Below are positions 1 to 11,760 of a stretch of DNA of 64,000 bases, in pieces; the stretch's first letter is position 1, and every line of letters begins with the position of its first letter. The position numbers and the translations under genes were made by a program. This DNA comes from Batkoa obscura (taxonomy: Eukaryota), in NCBI GenBank assembly GCA_030770535.1, contig JASVEC010000002.1, positions 248,001-312,000 of the forward strand, in the 5' to 3' direction. Below the pieces are notes generated by a model. That model saw nothing but the letters and a program-made list of their open reading frames with translations, did no database searches and was not told where the DNA came from.

Positions 1-38
1 AAAAAATGGAAAAAATAATGAAGCCAAAAAACATCCCC
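1..38 (+). mobile_element. MITE copy (truncated by window edge)
   Basis: ..GGAAAAAATAATGAAGCCAAAAAACATCCCC followed by ATAT. Confidence 0.85.
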
Positions 39-160
39 ATATTTTGTCTTTTCTAATTCTATTATGAGCTCAAATTAATTGGCTGGAATTACTGATTGTG
101 AAAATATAAAAGTAAATAGTGATGAATTTTTCTATTGTCAATAACACATGGCTATAAGTC
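39..160. repeat. Near-identical inverted repeat of 11154..11277; diverged third copy at about 2024..2130
   Basis: Reverse-complement match with one substitution and one 2-bp indel over ~122 bp. Confidence 0.9.
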
Positions 161-695
161 GTTTTAAATAAATGGTTATATCAATAGCATTTTAAGAATA
201 AGCATTGTTTGAATTTATAAATTATATAGTATTTTGGCTATATAAGCCCACCCTATCTTTTATTTATTATAAAATCATGTCACACTTTTTACGTTAAAAT
301 AAGATGGAAAAGGGAGTTAGCTAGGCCATATCTCCTATTTAACAAAATAAAATTGTAGTTTCTGATCATTCCAAATATTTTTTAAAAGTTAGTATTTTGA
401 AAGTAAGTAAATTTGATATTTCTATTGAAAGCAAGCATCATTTAATTAATATTATTGTTAGGCTTTACTATCATTTTAAGATAAAGGGATTTGCCCACAG
501 AGTTAACTATGGTCAAGCATACTTGATTCATTGTTTGAGTTTAATAAGCTATGATAAGTAAAATTATACTGAAAATAAATGAGTATTAATTAAATTCTTT
601 TTGTGACTTACAGCAAAAAAGGCAACTTGCTTCTTAAAAGATTAGTTTATATAAAAAAACAACAACTTTAAACTTTTCTTAAAAATTAACTATAT

Positions 696-791
696 GAGTG
701 TTTTTTTAGTTTAATCACTTTTTCTATCTTTTGAGAATTGTTTAAGTGAAAAGATTGTTAGTAAAGTTCTTAAACAATAAAATACATCCCC
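696..791 (-). mobile_element. MITE copy
   Basis: Matches the ~98-bp consensus; ATAT on both flanks. Confidence 0.85.
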
Positions 792-845
792 ATATGTAAA
801 TAAAAATTAAATATCAATAATGTTTTATTTAATGTATTGATATTG

Positions 846-1082
846 TTAACGCCATCCATAGGCTTTACCGATTCCTCTTTTTGAAAGTGAAGGATTATGT
901 GTTTCTTTATTAAATGTAGAAATAGAAGCTCCATGATATTCATCCGATAATTTGACTAATTTATCAACATTTGATATTAATGTTTCTTGATTTGAATGAT
1001 TAATAGCTACCGGGGTGCTAATAACAACAAAAATATTGATGCCCAAGATAGTAAACAAAGATTTGAGAAAATGAAAGTACAT
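846..1082 (-). CDS. Small secreted prepro-peptide (KEP-like), copy A; KR-GIGKAYG-WR
   Basis: Hydrophobic N-terminal signal, polar pro-region, KR site followed by GIGKAYGWR-stop. Aligns with 10405..10638 in signal peptide (LFTILG/LFTILA), core, TATA context and 3' flank. Confidence 0.85.
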   Translation of the reverse strand: MYFHFLKSLFTILGINIFVVISTPVAINHSNQETLISNVDKLVKLSDEYHGASISTFNKETHNPSLSKRGIGKAYGWR

Positions 1083-1125
1083 GATTTAGTTATTTAATTC
1101 TTATGTTTGTTTATATTGTTAGGTA

Positions 1126-1131
1126 TTTATA
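1126..1131 (-). promoter_or_regulatory. TATA box of peptide gene A
   Basis: Minus strand AAAAGGGTATAAATAC about 45 bp upstream of the ATG; same context as 10356..10361. Confidence 0.6.
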
Positions 1132-1574
1132 CCCTTTTTTCATACCTTTCAAATTATTAAGGGCATTTTATAGTGTAGAGTAACTATAGTTTTATCTTTG
1201 GTACTAAGCTCTTAATAAAGTATACTTTTATCCAATTAGTTTTGCTTCAAAATAGAATTTAACAATATGGAATTCTTACTATCATTTCAAAATCACATTA
1301 TATTATGTTCTTAATTTAAAACGTTTTTTTTATTAATGATATAATTTTATAGGAAAGGTGAATTTAATTAGAAAAGAATGAGAATTAGTTCTCAACTGTA
1401 TTCTATTATAAAGTAAAATCAATTGGGTAATTGTTTTTATTAAAAAAATTAAATAGTTGTTGATCAATATAAACAATGTATGCTACTGAAACAGCTATCC
1501 TCAATTTTATTAATCAAATATTAATCAGACATAACCCTTAATACAATACTAAAATCATCATTAAGATAAAAAAT

Positions 1575-1674
1575 GAGGGTGTTTTTTTTGACTTCATTTA
1601 CTTTCTCTATCTTTTAAGCACTGTTTAAGTTGAAAAATTGTTAGTAAAATTCTTAAACACAAAAATACGTCCCC
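1575..1674 (-). mobile_element. MITE copy
   Basis: GAGGGTG..CGTCCCC; AAAT direct repeat on both flanks. Confidence 0.9.
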
Positions 1675-3181
1675 AAATAGTATTTTAATATAAACTTAAT
1701 TAATAAAAAATGATTAAAATAGTATGTTATATTTATTTTATATTTAATATGGAAACAATAAGTTAAAAAATTATAAAGCACAAATAGTAGAAATTTAATG
1801 AAGCTTTTGAAAAGCAGTATAGTTTGAGTGCTAATACTATTATAGACTTTCACGGCTTTATGTTTAAATAAAACCATAAGATTAATATTCTCAAATAATT
1901 AAATTTACAAAAGAATAACAGCTGATCAATAAAGGACTATTTAGAATTATAATATATGAAACTGTTGTCTGTATAAAAAACCTTTAAAGACTAAGGTTGA
2001 ATTTTCATAATAGGATAAGCAAGCAGACAATTTGACTTTTATAGATATTTTGTCTTTTTTTCAATTTCATTATGAACCAAAATCAATTGGTTGAAACAAT
2101 AATTGTTTCAATAAGTAAATGCAAATAGTGATGATAATATTTATACATAGTTAATGTTATAACTACAGGCCATAATAGATGATCTATTTTAAGAATTGAA
2201 GCCTAAAATTTAAATTTTGAATCTCTATAGCATCTAAAACTAATTTATTTAAAACATACTATTAAACTACTTTACCTTCCAACTTAATAAATGAGTTTTA
2301 TTATTATTACACATCCAAATCGAACACCTTGATTCAAAGATAATTTAAGAACTTGAAGGATACTAATCTATAGAATATCTAGAAAAGGTTGGAAGATGCG
2401 GAGATACTTTGGCAGATAGTTCTTTTTTTGATAGGTTAAGGTTCGAACCTCAAATCTTAGGTAGAGATGTAGTAACGCCCTACTTTTATATTAAGTAGTC
2501 TTTTACTATACTCTCATCTCCCATAAATTTGGGTTTTTTTAGTGAAGTACTTGAAAGTAGATTGGCAATCTAGGAATTATTTAAGATTCAAAAAATCTAA
2601 AAATATTAGTAGTTAGAAATAAAAGTCAAAATTTCAATATAAAATCTTTTTAACATCTTTATTCAATATAAAGCTAAGAATGATGAACAGACCTGCCCAA
2701 AATTTAAAGGTGACAATAAGGTTTTATCAGGATATTGCAATTCGATTAAAAAAGGAAATGCAATTACCCATTTAAATAATAGATGGAACAAAACTATATT
2801 AGCTAAAGATAATGTATATCAAATATCAATTACAGCGGAAAATCTTTCCAGAATAACTCCACAGTAAAGCCATTATCAAACCTAATGGGTTAGTAATGCT
2901 TTAAGTACACAGTGTTATAAAAAATGAGTTGGTACAGTATAATATTATTTCACAGGAAACAGACAAAATACAAACTTGAGATTGGCATATCATTAATCTT
3001 CCTATTGAAACTTACCATTTCATCTATTATTCTAAAAAAGTACTGGCTTTAATATGGTATATTTCAATAACTTAAAAACATAAAATTTAATACTGTTTAT
3101 TGATAAAAATCCTACAGAGATAATAGTTTTGAGACCTTTCTCTACAAGTAGAGTTGACGTAAAAAAACGTTTTATTACATT

Positions 3182-3268
3182 AAAATTTATAAGATAAAGT
3201 TAAAAATAAATATAATATGTAATGATAAAACATTCTAAAGTTAAAAATAACTTTATCTTATAAATTTT
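3182..3268. repeat. Perfect 21-bp inverted repeat
   Basis: AAAATTTATAAGATAAAGTTA (3182..3202) / TAACTTTATCTTATAAATTTT (3248..3268). Confidence 0.85.
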
Positions 3269-3584
3269 GCATATAACAAAAATAACACTTACTAAATATA
3301 TTGGCTCTGATATGAGTTAGACGAAATAACAATATAATATCTTAATGTAGTATATGGATAAAGTAATCAAATTTATGTCAACTTCATTTGTATTACTAAT
3401 CATTTAAATTCAATTTGTTTAAGAATTTGATAAATTTTTCATTAGTGGTTAGGATTAACTTCTCTATTTGAAACCATAGCTATTAAAGTTTTCAATTGGT
3501 ATTATTTGATTTTTCCAAATTTAGCTATGCATTTTTATTGGCCAATAATTGTAGCTATTCTCAAAAGTGTCATTCTTAACTCAG

Positions 3585-3611
3585 ATGATGTAATTTACTT
3601 TAAACTATAAA
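3585..3611 (+). promoter_or_regulatory. ATGATGTAATTT-N9-TATAAA promoter module of AKR copy 1
   Basis: Same 12-mer, same 9-nt spacing and TATA found upstream of AKR copy 2 (21362..21388, minus). Confidence 0.55.
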
Positions 3612-3651
3612 TATCAAGTCCAACTAATTTCTATAAACATTTTATTTCACG

Positions 3652-4545
3652 ATGTCATTAAAACGTACAGCAACTCTTTACACTGGTGCCAAGATCCCAT
3701 TACTTGGCCTTGGAACCTGGAGGTCAGAACCAAACAAAGTAGGAAATGCAGTTAAAGTAGCCTTAGCTGCCGGTTATCGTCATTTAGATTGTGCATGGAT
3801 TTATGGAAATGAAAAGGAAGTAGGCGATGCTATTAAAGAATCTGGAGTTCCTCGCGAAGAAATATTTATTACTTCCAAACTTTGGAATTCCTTCCACCAC
3901 CCTGATCGTGTTGAGCAATGCGTCAATGAAACTTTAAAAAACCTTCAAGTTGGTTACTTAGATCTCTATCTCATTCACTGGCCTACTGCTCAACCTGAAG
4001 GTCAACATAATTTCCCAAGAAATGCCGATGGTACTCTTTTAATTGAACATGGCTATACACTTAATGATACATGGAGAGCACTTGAAAAATTAGTTGAAAA
4101 TGGAAAAGTCAAACATATTGGTATTTCAAACTTTGGAGTTAAAAGTATTAAACAAATTTTATCGGAAGCTAAAATTAGGCCTGCTGCTCTCCAAGTTGAA
4201 CTTCACCCTTATCTTCCTCAACCTGAGTTACTTGAATTCTGTAAAAACGAAAACATTCATGTAACTGCTTATTCTCCCCTTGGATCTGAGGCTGTACCAA
4301 AAGTACGTGAACAAACCGAAGTCGTTGAAATTGCACAAAGGCTTGGTAAAACACCAGCTCAAGTTCTTTTAGCTTGGGGTCAACAACGTGGTACTTCAGT
4401 TATTCCAAAATCCACTAACGAAGACCGAGTCAAACAAAATTTCCAAGATATTGAGTTATCCGAAGAAGATATTAACAAAATTTCTAACCTTGGGATTCAT
4501 CACCGTTTCGCTGTCCCATCTAAAGAAATTTTCGAAAACTATTAA
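3652..4545 (+). CDS. Aldo-keto reductase (Gcy1/Ypr1/AKR1A-like), intronless
   Basis: GLGTW, LDCAWIYGNE, TSKLW, DLYLIHWP (D/Y/K/H tetrad), IGISNF, QVELHPY, AYSPLG, IPKS. Confidence 0.95.
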   Translation: MSLKRTATLYTGAKIPLLGLGTWRSEPNKVGNAVKVALAAGYRHLDCAWIYGNEKEVGDAIKESGVPREEIFITSKLWNSFHHPDRVEQCVNETLKNLQVGYLDLYLIHWPTAQPEGQHNFPRNADGTLLIEHGYTLNDTWRALEKLVENGKVKHIGISNFGVKSIKQILSEAKIRPAALQVELHPYLPQPELLEFCKNENIHVTAYSPLGSEAVPKVREQTEVVEIAQRLGKTPAQVLLAWGQQRGTSVIPKSTNEDRVKQNFQDIELSEEDINKISNLGIHHRFAVPSKEIFENY

Positions 4546-4822
4546 AGAGATAGAATTTTAGAAAATAAAATGTAAAATATATCTAATACAGTTGGGGTTT
4601 ATTTGACTATTTTTATTATTTAATTTAAAGAATACTTTTTGATGACGTATGTTTTTTTTAAATAACATTATTCATTAGTACTTTGGATTTATTAGTTTTA
4701 TGATCATTGGTATACTACATCTTATAAAATATTGAAAGACTGTAAAAAATTAAAAGTCATAAAGATGATTAAATATGTTCAAAGTTAATTAATAGTGGAG
4801 TATTTTATTATAAACAGATTAA

Positions 4823-6322
4823 TTAATACCATGTCTTTTTACATAATTTTAAAGCTTTAGCTACATTTAAAATACCAAAGCCATATTCATTATTTGGTAA
4901 TGAAGTAGCAAGATCTTTACCACAGCCAAGGTTCGAATAGTTAGGTGTAGCTGATTCCCTTAAAACTTTAGCAATAAGGTCTACTCTACGATTAAGATGT
5001 GGGCAAGCGGCAATAACCAATAAAGCAGCACCAGCGACATGAGGGGTAGCCATTGAAGTACCTTGAAAGACTGCATATTTACCACCTGGAATAGAAGAAG
5101 TGATATTAACACCCGGAGCGGTGACATCAATAGCAAATTCCGGTCTTTCAGGGACTGGGCCCATTGAAGAAAAAGCAGCTCGATCATTCGATAAATATTT
5201 GGAAGCAGCTACTGTAAATGAAGTAGGTTCTGTAGCTGGTGGGGACAAAATTGAAGAGCAGCCTAATTTACCATCATTACCAGCACATACGGACATAAAA
5301 ATACCAGCGGATTTTAAAGCTCTTAAAGCATATTTAAAAGTGGACCGACTACATCCTTCTTCTCCAGGACAATAATAAGAATTACCAATAACATGGGGAC
5401 GAAGTCTAGGTTTTGGATTCGTTCCATAAAGGTTAGTTGGCGCTAATAAAAATTGTAAACAACCCAAGTAAGATTCTGGGGATCCAAAATTTTGATCCAT
5501 ATTTTTACATGCCATCCAAGGGGTAGTTGGAGATACACCTAAGTTTAATCCACCAACTGCACTACCCATACAATGAGTTCCATGGTTATTATCATCACAA
5601 GGTACTTGAGAATCAATACCGCATATCTTGTTAGGTTTAGTTGCATTTGCTACCTTATTAGCATCCCACCAATAGTAATCATGGCTCAATTTGCCATTCT
5701 TATTACCTAAATAATTTTTGCTTAAAGCTGGATGCGTAAAATCAACACCAGTATCAGCATTAGCATACCTTAATCTTGAAGCTGCTAATGAAACATGACG
5801 TGGTATATCAGTAGCATTTATATATTTTAAACTCCAATGAATTTCTTTACCGTCCCAAGTGGTATCACCAGCTTGTCCAGCCCCTTGTTCACCATTACCT
5901 TGTGTAGGTGCACGAAATTGTTTGTTGCTTGTAATTTCTTCTACCTCAGGTAATTTAGCAATGGTATCAATCAATTCTTTTGGTGCTTCCACAGCAAAGG
6001 TATTTGAAATTAAATAATAACGATAATTTTTAATCAATCCTTTGCTTTTTGCTTGATCTAACGCTTTCTTAACATTAGTTTTACTGCTCTCTGAGTGCTT
6101 CACTAAGGTACTATATACATTTTCTGCATGAAGATCAAGATCTTCTTCAACCATACTACGTGAGTTTGTTGAAATAGTTGGTGGAGTAGCAGGTGCCAAT
6201 TGAATAAGCACTGAAGATAAACCTACTTTGGAATAATCATTGATTACTGATCTAGCTATAGTTGCACTACCAGCCACTGAATATAAAATAGTTAAGTTTA
6301 AAATAGTAGATAAAAGTTGCAT
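4823..6322 (-). CDS. Secreted S8 subtilisin-like protease with propeptide, bacillopeptidase-F-like
   Basis: Signal peptide; catalytic motifs ADTGVD, HGTHCMG, GTSMATPHVAG; oxyanion AGND; WMACKN and FLLAPT..PHVIGNS segments typical of Bpr-like S8. Confidence 0.93.
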   Translation of the reverse strand: MQLLSTILNLTILYSVAGSATIARSVINDYSKVGLSSVLIQLAPATPPTISTNSRSMVEEDLDLHAENVYSTLVKHSESSKTNVKKALDQAKSKGLIKNYRYYLISNTFAVEAPKELIDTIAKLPEVEEITSNKQFRAPTQGNGEQGAGQAGDTTWDGKEIHWSLKYINATDIPRHVSLAASRLRYANADTGVDFTHPALSKNYLGNKNGKLSHDYYWWDANKVANATKPNKICGIDSQVPCDDNNHGTHCMGSAVGGLNLGVSPTTPWMACKNMDQNFGSPESYLGCLQFLLAPTNLYGTNPKPRLRPHVIGNSYYCPGEEGCSRSTFKYALRALKSAGIFMSVCAGNDGKLGCSSILSPPATEPTSFTVAASKYLSNDRAAFSSMGPVPERPEFAIDVTAPGVNITSSIPGGKYAVFQGTSMATPHVAGAALLVIAACPHLNRRVDLIAKVLRESATPNYSNLGCGKDLATSLPNNEYGFGILNVAKALKLCKKTWY

Positions 6323-6896
6323 TTTATTTTATTTTTTAATCTTATTTTATATCAAAAGTCAACATTTATATAGCTCCCTTTGATTTTCGAATTTTTAGTA
6401 AATAAATTTAGTTTGGGAAATCAAGTCATTTAGTCATGCAATGAAATGAGATTTTAACTCAAATGATTTGTCATTGCTTTTTAAAAAAAATCATGGGATT
6501 TTATTTTTATTAAAGGTATAAAGCCTTACAACTCTCAAAACATAAATATACATGTATAATAGTGTAATTCAGCTAAGTTTTCATATAAACTTATATCGTT
6601 GTTAGTAAGAGATATATCTTCTATAGCTTAAATGATAAAAACGTAGTTAATTCATTTAGTTAAATTTTGAAGCATAATTGTGTAAATATGATATTTAAAA
6701 ATTCTTATTTTAAGTCATTTAGTAGTTTATTACTAGAAAAATAATGTGACTATACTTCTTTCCCTTAAAATAAGCTATATTAATGCTAATACATATTTTT
6801 TTAAGTTATATAAACTAATAATAGGATATAACATAGCTTCAAAAGGTAATAATAAAGTCTCATTTGCTATTCATTGTATTCTTTTTATTTATACTT

Positions 6897-8387
6897 TTAT
6901 AATAGCTCAAAATTTAGATATAAATCTTTAACTGTAAAGAGATAAACATTTTTTAACTCCAAATCAGGACCATGGTATTGTAGTGTACTATTAGGATAGG
7001 TTATTTTATATCTTAATAATATCATTGCAATCACTACTTTTTGTTCCAGTAATGAAAATTTCATACCAATACAAAGCCTTTCTCCACCACCAAATACTGC
7101 CCAAGATAAAGGATCAATGTGGGAATTACTATTTAAAAATCTTTCAGGTTTAAACTTTTCAGGTTCGTCCCAATACTGCTTATCCCTATTAATAGAATAG
7201 ATACTTAATATAACGTTTGTGTCTTTTGGTATCGTATAATTATCAACTATTACGTCTTTACTAGTTTTCCTTAAATTCAATTCTGGTACTGGTGGATAAA
7301 GCCTTAAACTTTCTTTTACTACCGCTTCTAAATAACTCATCTGTTTAACTTGATCAATGTTTGGGCAAACTGAATCATAAGAATCACCATTATTATATTT
7401 TGTTAGCTTCATAATGTTCATTATTTCTTGCCGTAGTTTATGTTGAACGGATGGATTCTGAGCTAGAAAATGAAGGATTACAGATAAGCCAAAAGAAGTA
7501 GTATCATGACCAGCTAATAAAAATACCATTAAATTATCTCGAATTTCTTTTTCATTAAATTGAATTTCGGGATTTAAAGTAGCTTTTACCATTAACATTA
7601 AAATATCATTGCTATTCTTGATATCATTATTCAATATTTGTTCTTTTTTATTATTTATCATTATTTTAAACTCTTCATCCAGTTTATCTAATGACTCATA
7701 TGCTGATTTTCTAAATGGATTTTCTGGTGTATCTAAGAAATCAAACATGAAGTAAAAGGGATTTGCAGATTCTCTAGCAACTTGATTATAACATGTAGTA
7801 AATATACAGTTCTCATTTAATATAGAATCAAAATCAACCCCCATAATTCCTTTTCCTAACGAATTCATAGCAATACCCTGCATATGTTTACCAATATCTA
7901 CCTTTATTCCATTATATTTGTTATCTACCAATTCAAAAAATTGGCACGTGTAAGTGGAAAAAATAGATACATCAAATTGTTTTTTAAATGGAGGATTTAA
8001 TATCATACGATATCTTCTCCATACTTCATAATTCGAAAACCCCAAATTAACGCCCATGAACTTAGAAAACAATCGATTAGGATCAGCTTCAACTGGTACC
8101 ACTCTTTGAAATGCACTACTATCAGTATATATTTTATGCGCTGCTTCAAGTGATGACAAAGCTACATTCCATGTGCCATCTCTCCAGATTGTTTGTACCT
8201 TGTTACCATGAAGTCGCTTATTGAGTAAACTTTCGATTTTTTTATCTCTAGCTTTGTTTTCAAATTGTACCTTGATACATTCAAATAAACTTGGTGAAGG
8301 TATGTGTTTTAATTTATTGGGTTTCTTAAGGAAAGAGTAAATCAAAAGGAGTATACTAAGTATCAGGGCCAATGTTAAATACAGCAT
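6897..8387 (-). CDS. Cytochrome P450, membrane-anchored, intronless
   Basis: N-terminal TM helix, AGHDTT (I helix), ESLR, PERF, FGGGERLCIG heme motif. First ATG is at 8387; the ORF track start at 8408 is TTG. Confidence 0.95.
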   Translation of the reverse strand: MLYLTLALILSILLLIYSFLKKPNKLKHIPSPSLFECIKVQFENKARDKKIESLLNKRLHGNKVQTIWRDGTWNVALSSLEAAHKIYTDSSAFQRVVPVEADPNRLFSKFMGVNLGFSNYEVWRRYRMILNPPFKKQFDVSIFSTYTCQFFELVDNKYNGIKVDIGKHMQGIAMNSLGKGIMGVDFDSILNENCIFTTCYNQVARESANPFYFMFDFLDTPENPFRKSAYESLDKLDEEFKIMINNKKEQILNNDIKNSNDILMLMVKATLNPEIQFNEKEIRDNLMVFLLAGHDTTSFGLSVILHFLAQNPSVQHKLRQEIMNIMKLTKYNNGDSYDSVCPNIDQVKQMSYLEAVVKESLRLYPPVPELNLRKTSKDVIVDNYTIPKDTNVILSIYSINRDKQYWDEPEKFKPERFLNSNSHIDPLSWAVFGGGERLCIGMKFSLLEQKVVIAMILLRYKITYPNSTLQYHGPDLELKNVYLFTVKDLYLNFELL

Positions 8388-9378
8388 TGCGATTTTTTTT
8401 GAAACCAATAAAAGTTATTTTTTTGCTTATAGATCTTATTTATACTCAAACAGTTTCAGGTTTTTATATTCTCTTACATTAAAATATCCAATTAAATCAT
8501 GTAATATTTAAACTCATTTTACTTTATGATATTGACATATCTTCCAAAATCTATTATTTATAATAAAAAAATATAAAGCTAGAACACGATTTATAACCAT
8601 TAATTTATTTTATACTACAAGTATTATCCAAATTTACTACTAATAGTATTTCAATTTCAAAATAAAAGATTCGTTTTTTATCTTCTCTTAAAGCCTTAAT
8701 ACTTTATTTAATACTAATAGTAAAGTATGAAAGGTATATATATGCTATTCATTTTACTAGAACTTTGTTAAAACTTTCGTTTAAAAGGCTAATACATATT
8801 TCAAAAACTATTAACGAAAGCTAAGCACTATTAAATGTCATCAAAAATTGCTAAAATTTATTAAAAATTCTTAATTTTTTTATAAAAATTGATAAAATAG
8901 TATAGAGCAGAGTACATATTGAAATATTTAAAGTCAAGCCTTGTAAAGTTGTAGCTATGATTGAGACTTAAACTTATGCAAGAGCTTTGCTTAATCTGAT
9001 TTTGTTAGCCCTATGTAATTATACAGTATAATTTTTTAGATGAAACCAGATGCTGTCTATTTAAAATGTCTTCTGTGCTTTCAGATAGCTTTATAAAAAC
9101 CCAGTTTGATATTATCTACTAGGGTAATTTTAATTACATATTATTCTAAAAATCTAATAACCATTATGATTGAACTGAGTATGAAATAATATATACCGGA
9201 ACGCTTTTTTATTTTGTTATTTCTTGTGTTTTCTGTCGAATATAAACAGAAAGTTATTCAAGTAAGGGTTTAAGATATTATCTGAATTTTAAGTATTCTT
9301 AAAAGTTAATTATAAAGTTAACTGAAAATTATGAGTTAAATTTAATAAATTGAAAGAATATTTTAATATTAATATAGG

Positions 9379-9499
9379 TTTGATGCAGTGAATCGACGTG
9401 AGGGTATGAAAGTAACTGCCTAATTACTAATAATTATAAAAAAATTGCAGAATAATTCAGGAGCTACTTTATGCCCTCACATTAGCTCACTTAATCAAA
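9379..9499. repeat. Imperfect ~120-bp foldback
   Basis: TTTGAT..AGTGA..GTGAGGGTATGAAAGTA pairs with TACTTTATGCCCTCAC..TCACT..ATCAAA. Confidence 0.75.
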
Positions 9500-9508
9500 T
9501 ATACATTA

Positions 9509-9603
9509 AGGAGTATATTTGTTTAAAAATTTTACTAACAAACTTTTCGCTCAAATAGCATTTAAAAAATGGAAAAAGTGATGAAAGCCAAAAAAAACTG
9601 CGC
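9509..9603 (+). mobile_element. MITE copy (degraded ends)
   Basis: Internal AAATTTTACTAACAAA..TCAAATAGC..GGAAAAAGTGATGAA. Confidence 0.8.
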
Positions 9604-9627
9604 AAGGTAATGTATACATGTTTACAT

Positions 9628-9723
9628 GAGGGTGCTTTTTTTGACTTCACTTTTTCTATCTTTTGAGCGCTATTTGAGCGCAAAATTTGTTAGCAAAATT
9701 CTCAAACACAAAAGTACATCCCC
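9628..9723 (-). mobile_element. MITE copy
   Basis: Consensus match, inverted relative to 9509..9603. Confidence 0.88.
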
Positions 9724-10355
9724 ATATATATATAGTTTTGTTTTTAGTCTCAATATAACTTATTGCTTAATCTGTTTTAACAAAAAAATCCATATTTATA
9801 TCGCTAACTAGAAACAACTGCTTCTTTGGATATTAATTACCCTTAGGGATACTTTATTGTGTTAATAAAGTCCTTAAATTTCAATAAACCACATTTCTCA
9901 TGATTAACGATCCTCCAAACCATTATTTTCTTAATGCCTTGATTGAATCCTATTTTATTAATCTAAAAATACCTTGTTGTGTTTACATTATGCATACAAT
10001 TTCTAATTCTATTAATGATTTGATCTATTATTATCCGTATTTATAAATTTATATTGAATGGTTATGATTAAATCTTTAGTAAAATAGAAGAATAAGCCTT
10101 AAACTAAATAAACATATTATAAAGTTATAGATTATTAACAAAAACTGATGGATTTAAAAATTAAGGGTTAGCTCAATGTGATAAAAACGGTGATAGGGAT
10201 AACTACTATTGTGTCCTATTATAAAATAAAAATAATTGGCTAATGCTGTATCTTAATACAAGTATATCAAATGCATAATAATAAAATAATTCAAGGACAA
10301 TAACAGTAACAATTTAATTATATTCTTCAATAGTTTATTAGATACAGAAAAAGGG

Positions 10356-10361
10356 TATAAA
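10356..10361 (+). promoter_or_regulatory. TATA box of peptide gene B
   Basis: AAAAGGGTATAAATAC about 45 bp upstream of ATG 10405, conserved with copy A. Confidence 0.6.
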
Positions 10362-10404
10362 TACTCAATAATGTAGTCGAATTAAATTATAAAAAAACCG
10401 AAAC

Positions 10405-10638
10405 ATGCATACTCATTTCATTGGAATTTTATTTACCATCTTAGCTTTGAACAATTTTGCTGTTATTGCTGCTCCAGCAACTCTTAGTGATTCTGTACAA
10501 GGAACAGCAATATCAAATAAAGAAAACGGATCTCTACAATCTTTTGAAAGAAGAGGAAGTGGTAGACCTTATGGTAGAAGGGGGTTCTATGAGCCGCTCC
10601 TAAGAAGAGGAAGTGGCAGACCATATGGAAGACGTTAG
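10405..10638 (+). CDS. Small secreted prepro-peptide (KEP-like), copy B; RR-GSGRPYG-RR-GFYEPLL-RR-GSGRPYG-RR
   Basis: Signal peptide (..AVIA-AP), pro-region, four RR dibasic sites at an exact 9-aa period. The two GSGRPYG cores are identical in protein but use different synonymous codons. Confidence 0.9.
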   Translation: MHTHFIGILFTILALNNFAVIAAPATLSDSVQGTAISNKENGSLQSFERRGSGRPYGRRGFYEPLLRRGSGRPYGRR

Positions 10639-11700
10639 TGATATAAACGTATTAAATAAAGCATTATGAATACATGAATTTATATTTATTTGAAGTTCAC
10701 TTTTAAAATTATCTTGAATTTACTATTTTCTTTATAAATCAAAATTTTATTAAATCGTCACACCTTTTTTTAAACTCAAATAAATAATTTGGTTGGTATT
10801 TTATTTATCATAAGTTTAGTTCAATCAATGACAAGCTTTTCAAACTATATATATAAGTTAAGTACACTTTTTTATAGTTAATTCTGAGTGATTTTTTTAT
10901 CGTAAAACAATGTATATATAGCAATAATGTTAGTTGAATTAATACTCAATTCCAATATAAGCGTTAAAACCATTTACTTCCGAAAGTAACATTTTTGAAT
11001 ATTCTAAACAATTATATATTGCAATTTTAATAATATCAAATCAGATAGAAAGTACAGTTTAGTTAATACATTTTGAGTAAGCTGTTTATTGATATTGTAG
11101 CACATAAATTTGTGAATTTTTTGTTCTAGTCTTTAAAATAAATGATCTAGCATGACTTATAGCCATATGTTATTGACAATAGAAAAATTCATCACTATTT
11201 ACTTTTATATTTTCAAACAATCAGTAATTCCAGCCAATTAATTTGAGCTCATAATAGAATTAGAAAAGACAAAATATCTATAAAAGTCAAATTGTCTGGT
11301 TGATTATACTGATATCTATATTTATATTAAAATACTAAATTCTAATTCAAATTCAAAGTATGATGCTTATTAAGAACACTATTATGTTTTTATGAGTATT
11401 TTATTTGTGGTTTATAAACCATCTTTTATTAGCATAAATTTACAACAGACGGAATATACCTTTTTAATCGAAAATTGCTATTGAGATATAAATTAAAGAG
11501 CAATTATTAATAAATTAATGTTTATAATCAAACCCGATAATGATCCTAATAGTATACCTTTGAAGCTCATGGCATGGCTTTCTGATACTTAATTAATAAA
11601 GTTAGAACTAATATTTTTGATAGCATATAATGAATCTATCAATTGATAGTTATTAATTTTTATTATCATTAAGATTTGTTATCCAACTACTTTAACTTCA

Positions 11701-11760
11701 TAATTAAATACAATTGAATATAATTAAATACAATTGAATATAATCGAACACAATTGAAAA
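11701..11760 (+). repeat. 20-bp tandem repeat x3
   Basis: TAATTAAATACAATTGAATA twice, then a diverged third copy. Confidence 0.85.

Noticed and set aside
2430..2460. GGTTCGAACC tRNA B-box/T-arm-like motif
   Set aside because: No acceptor, D or anticodon stems could be folded around it.
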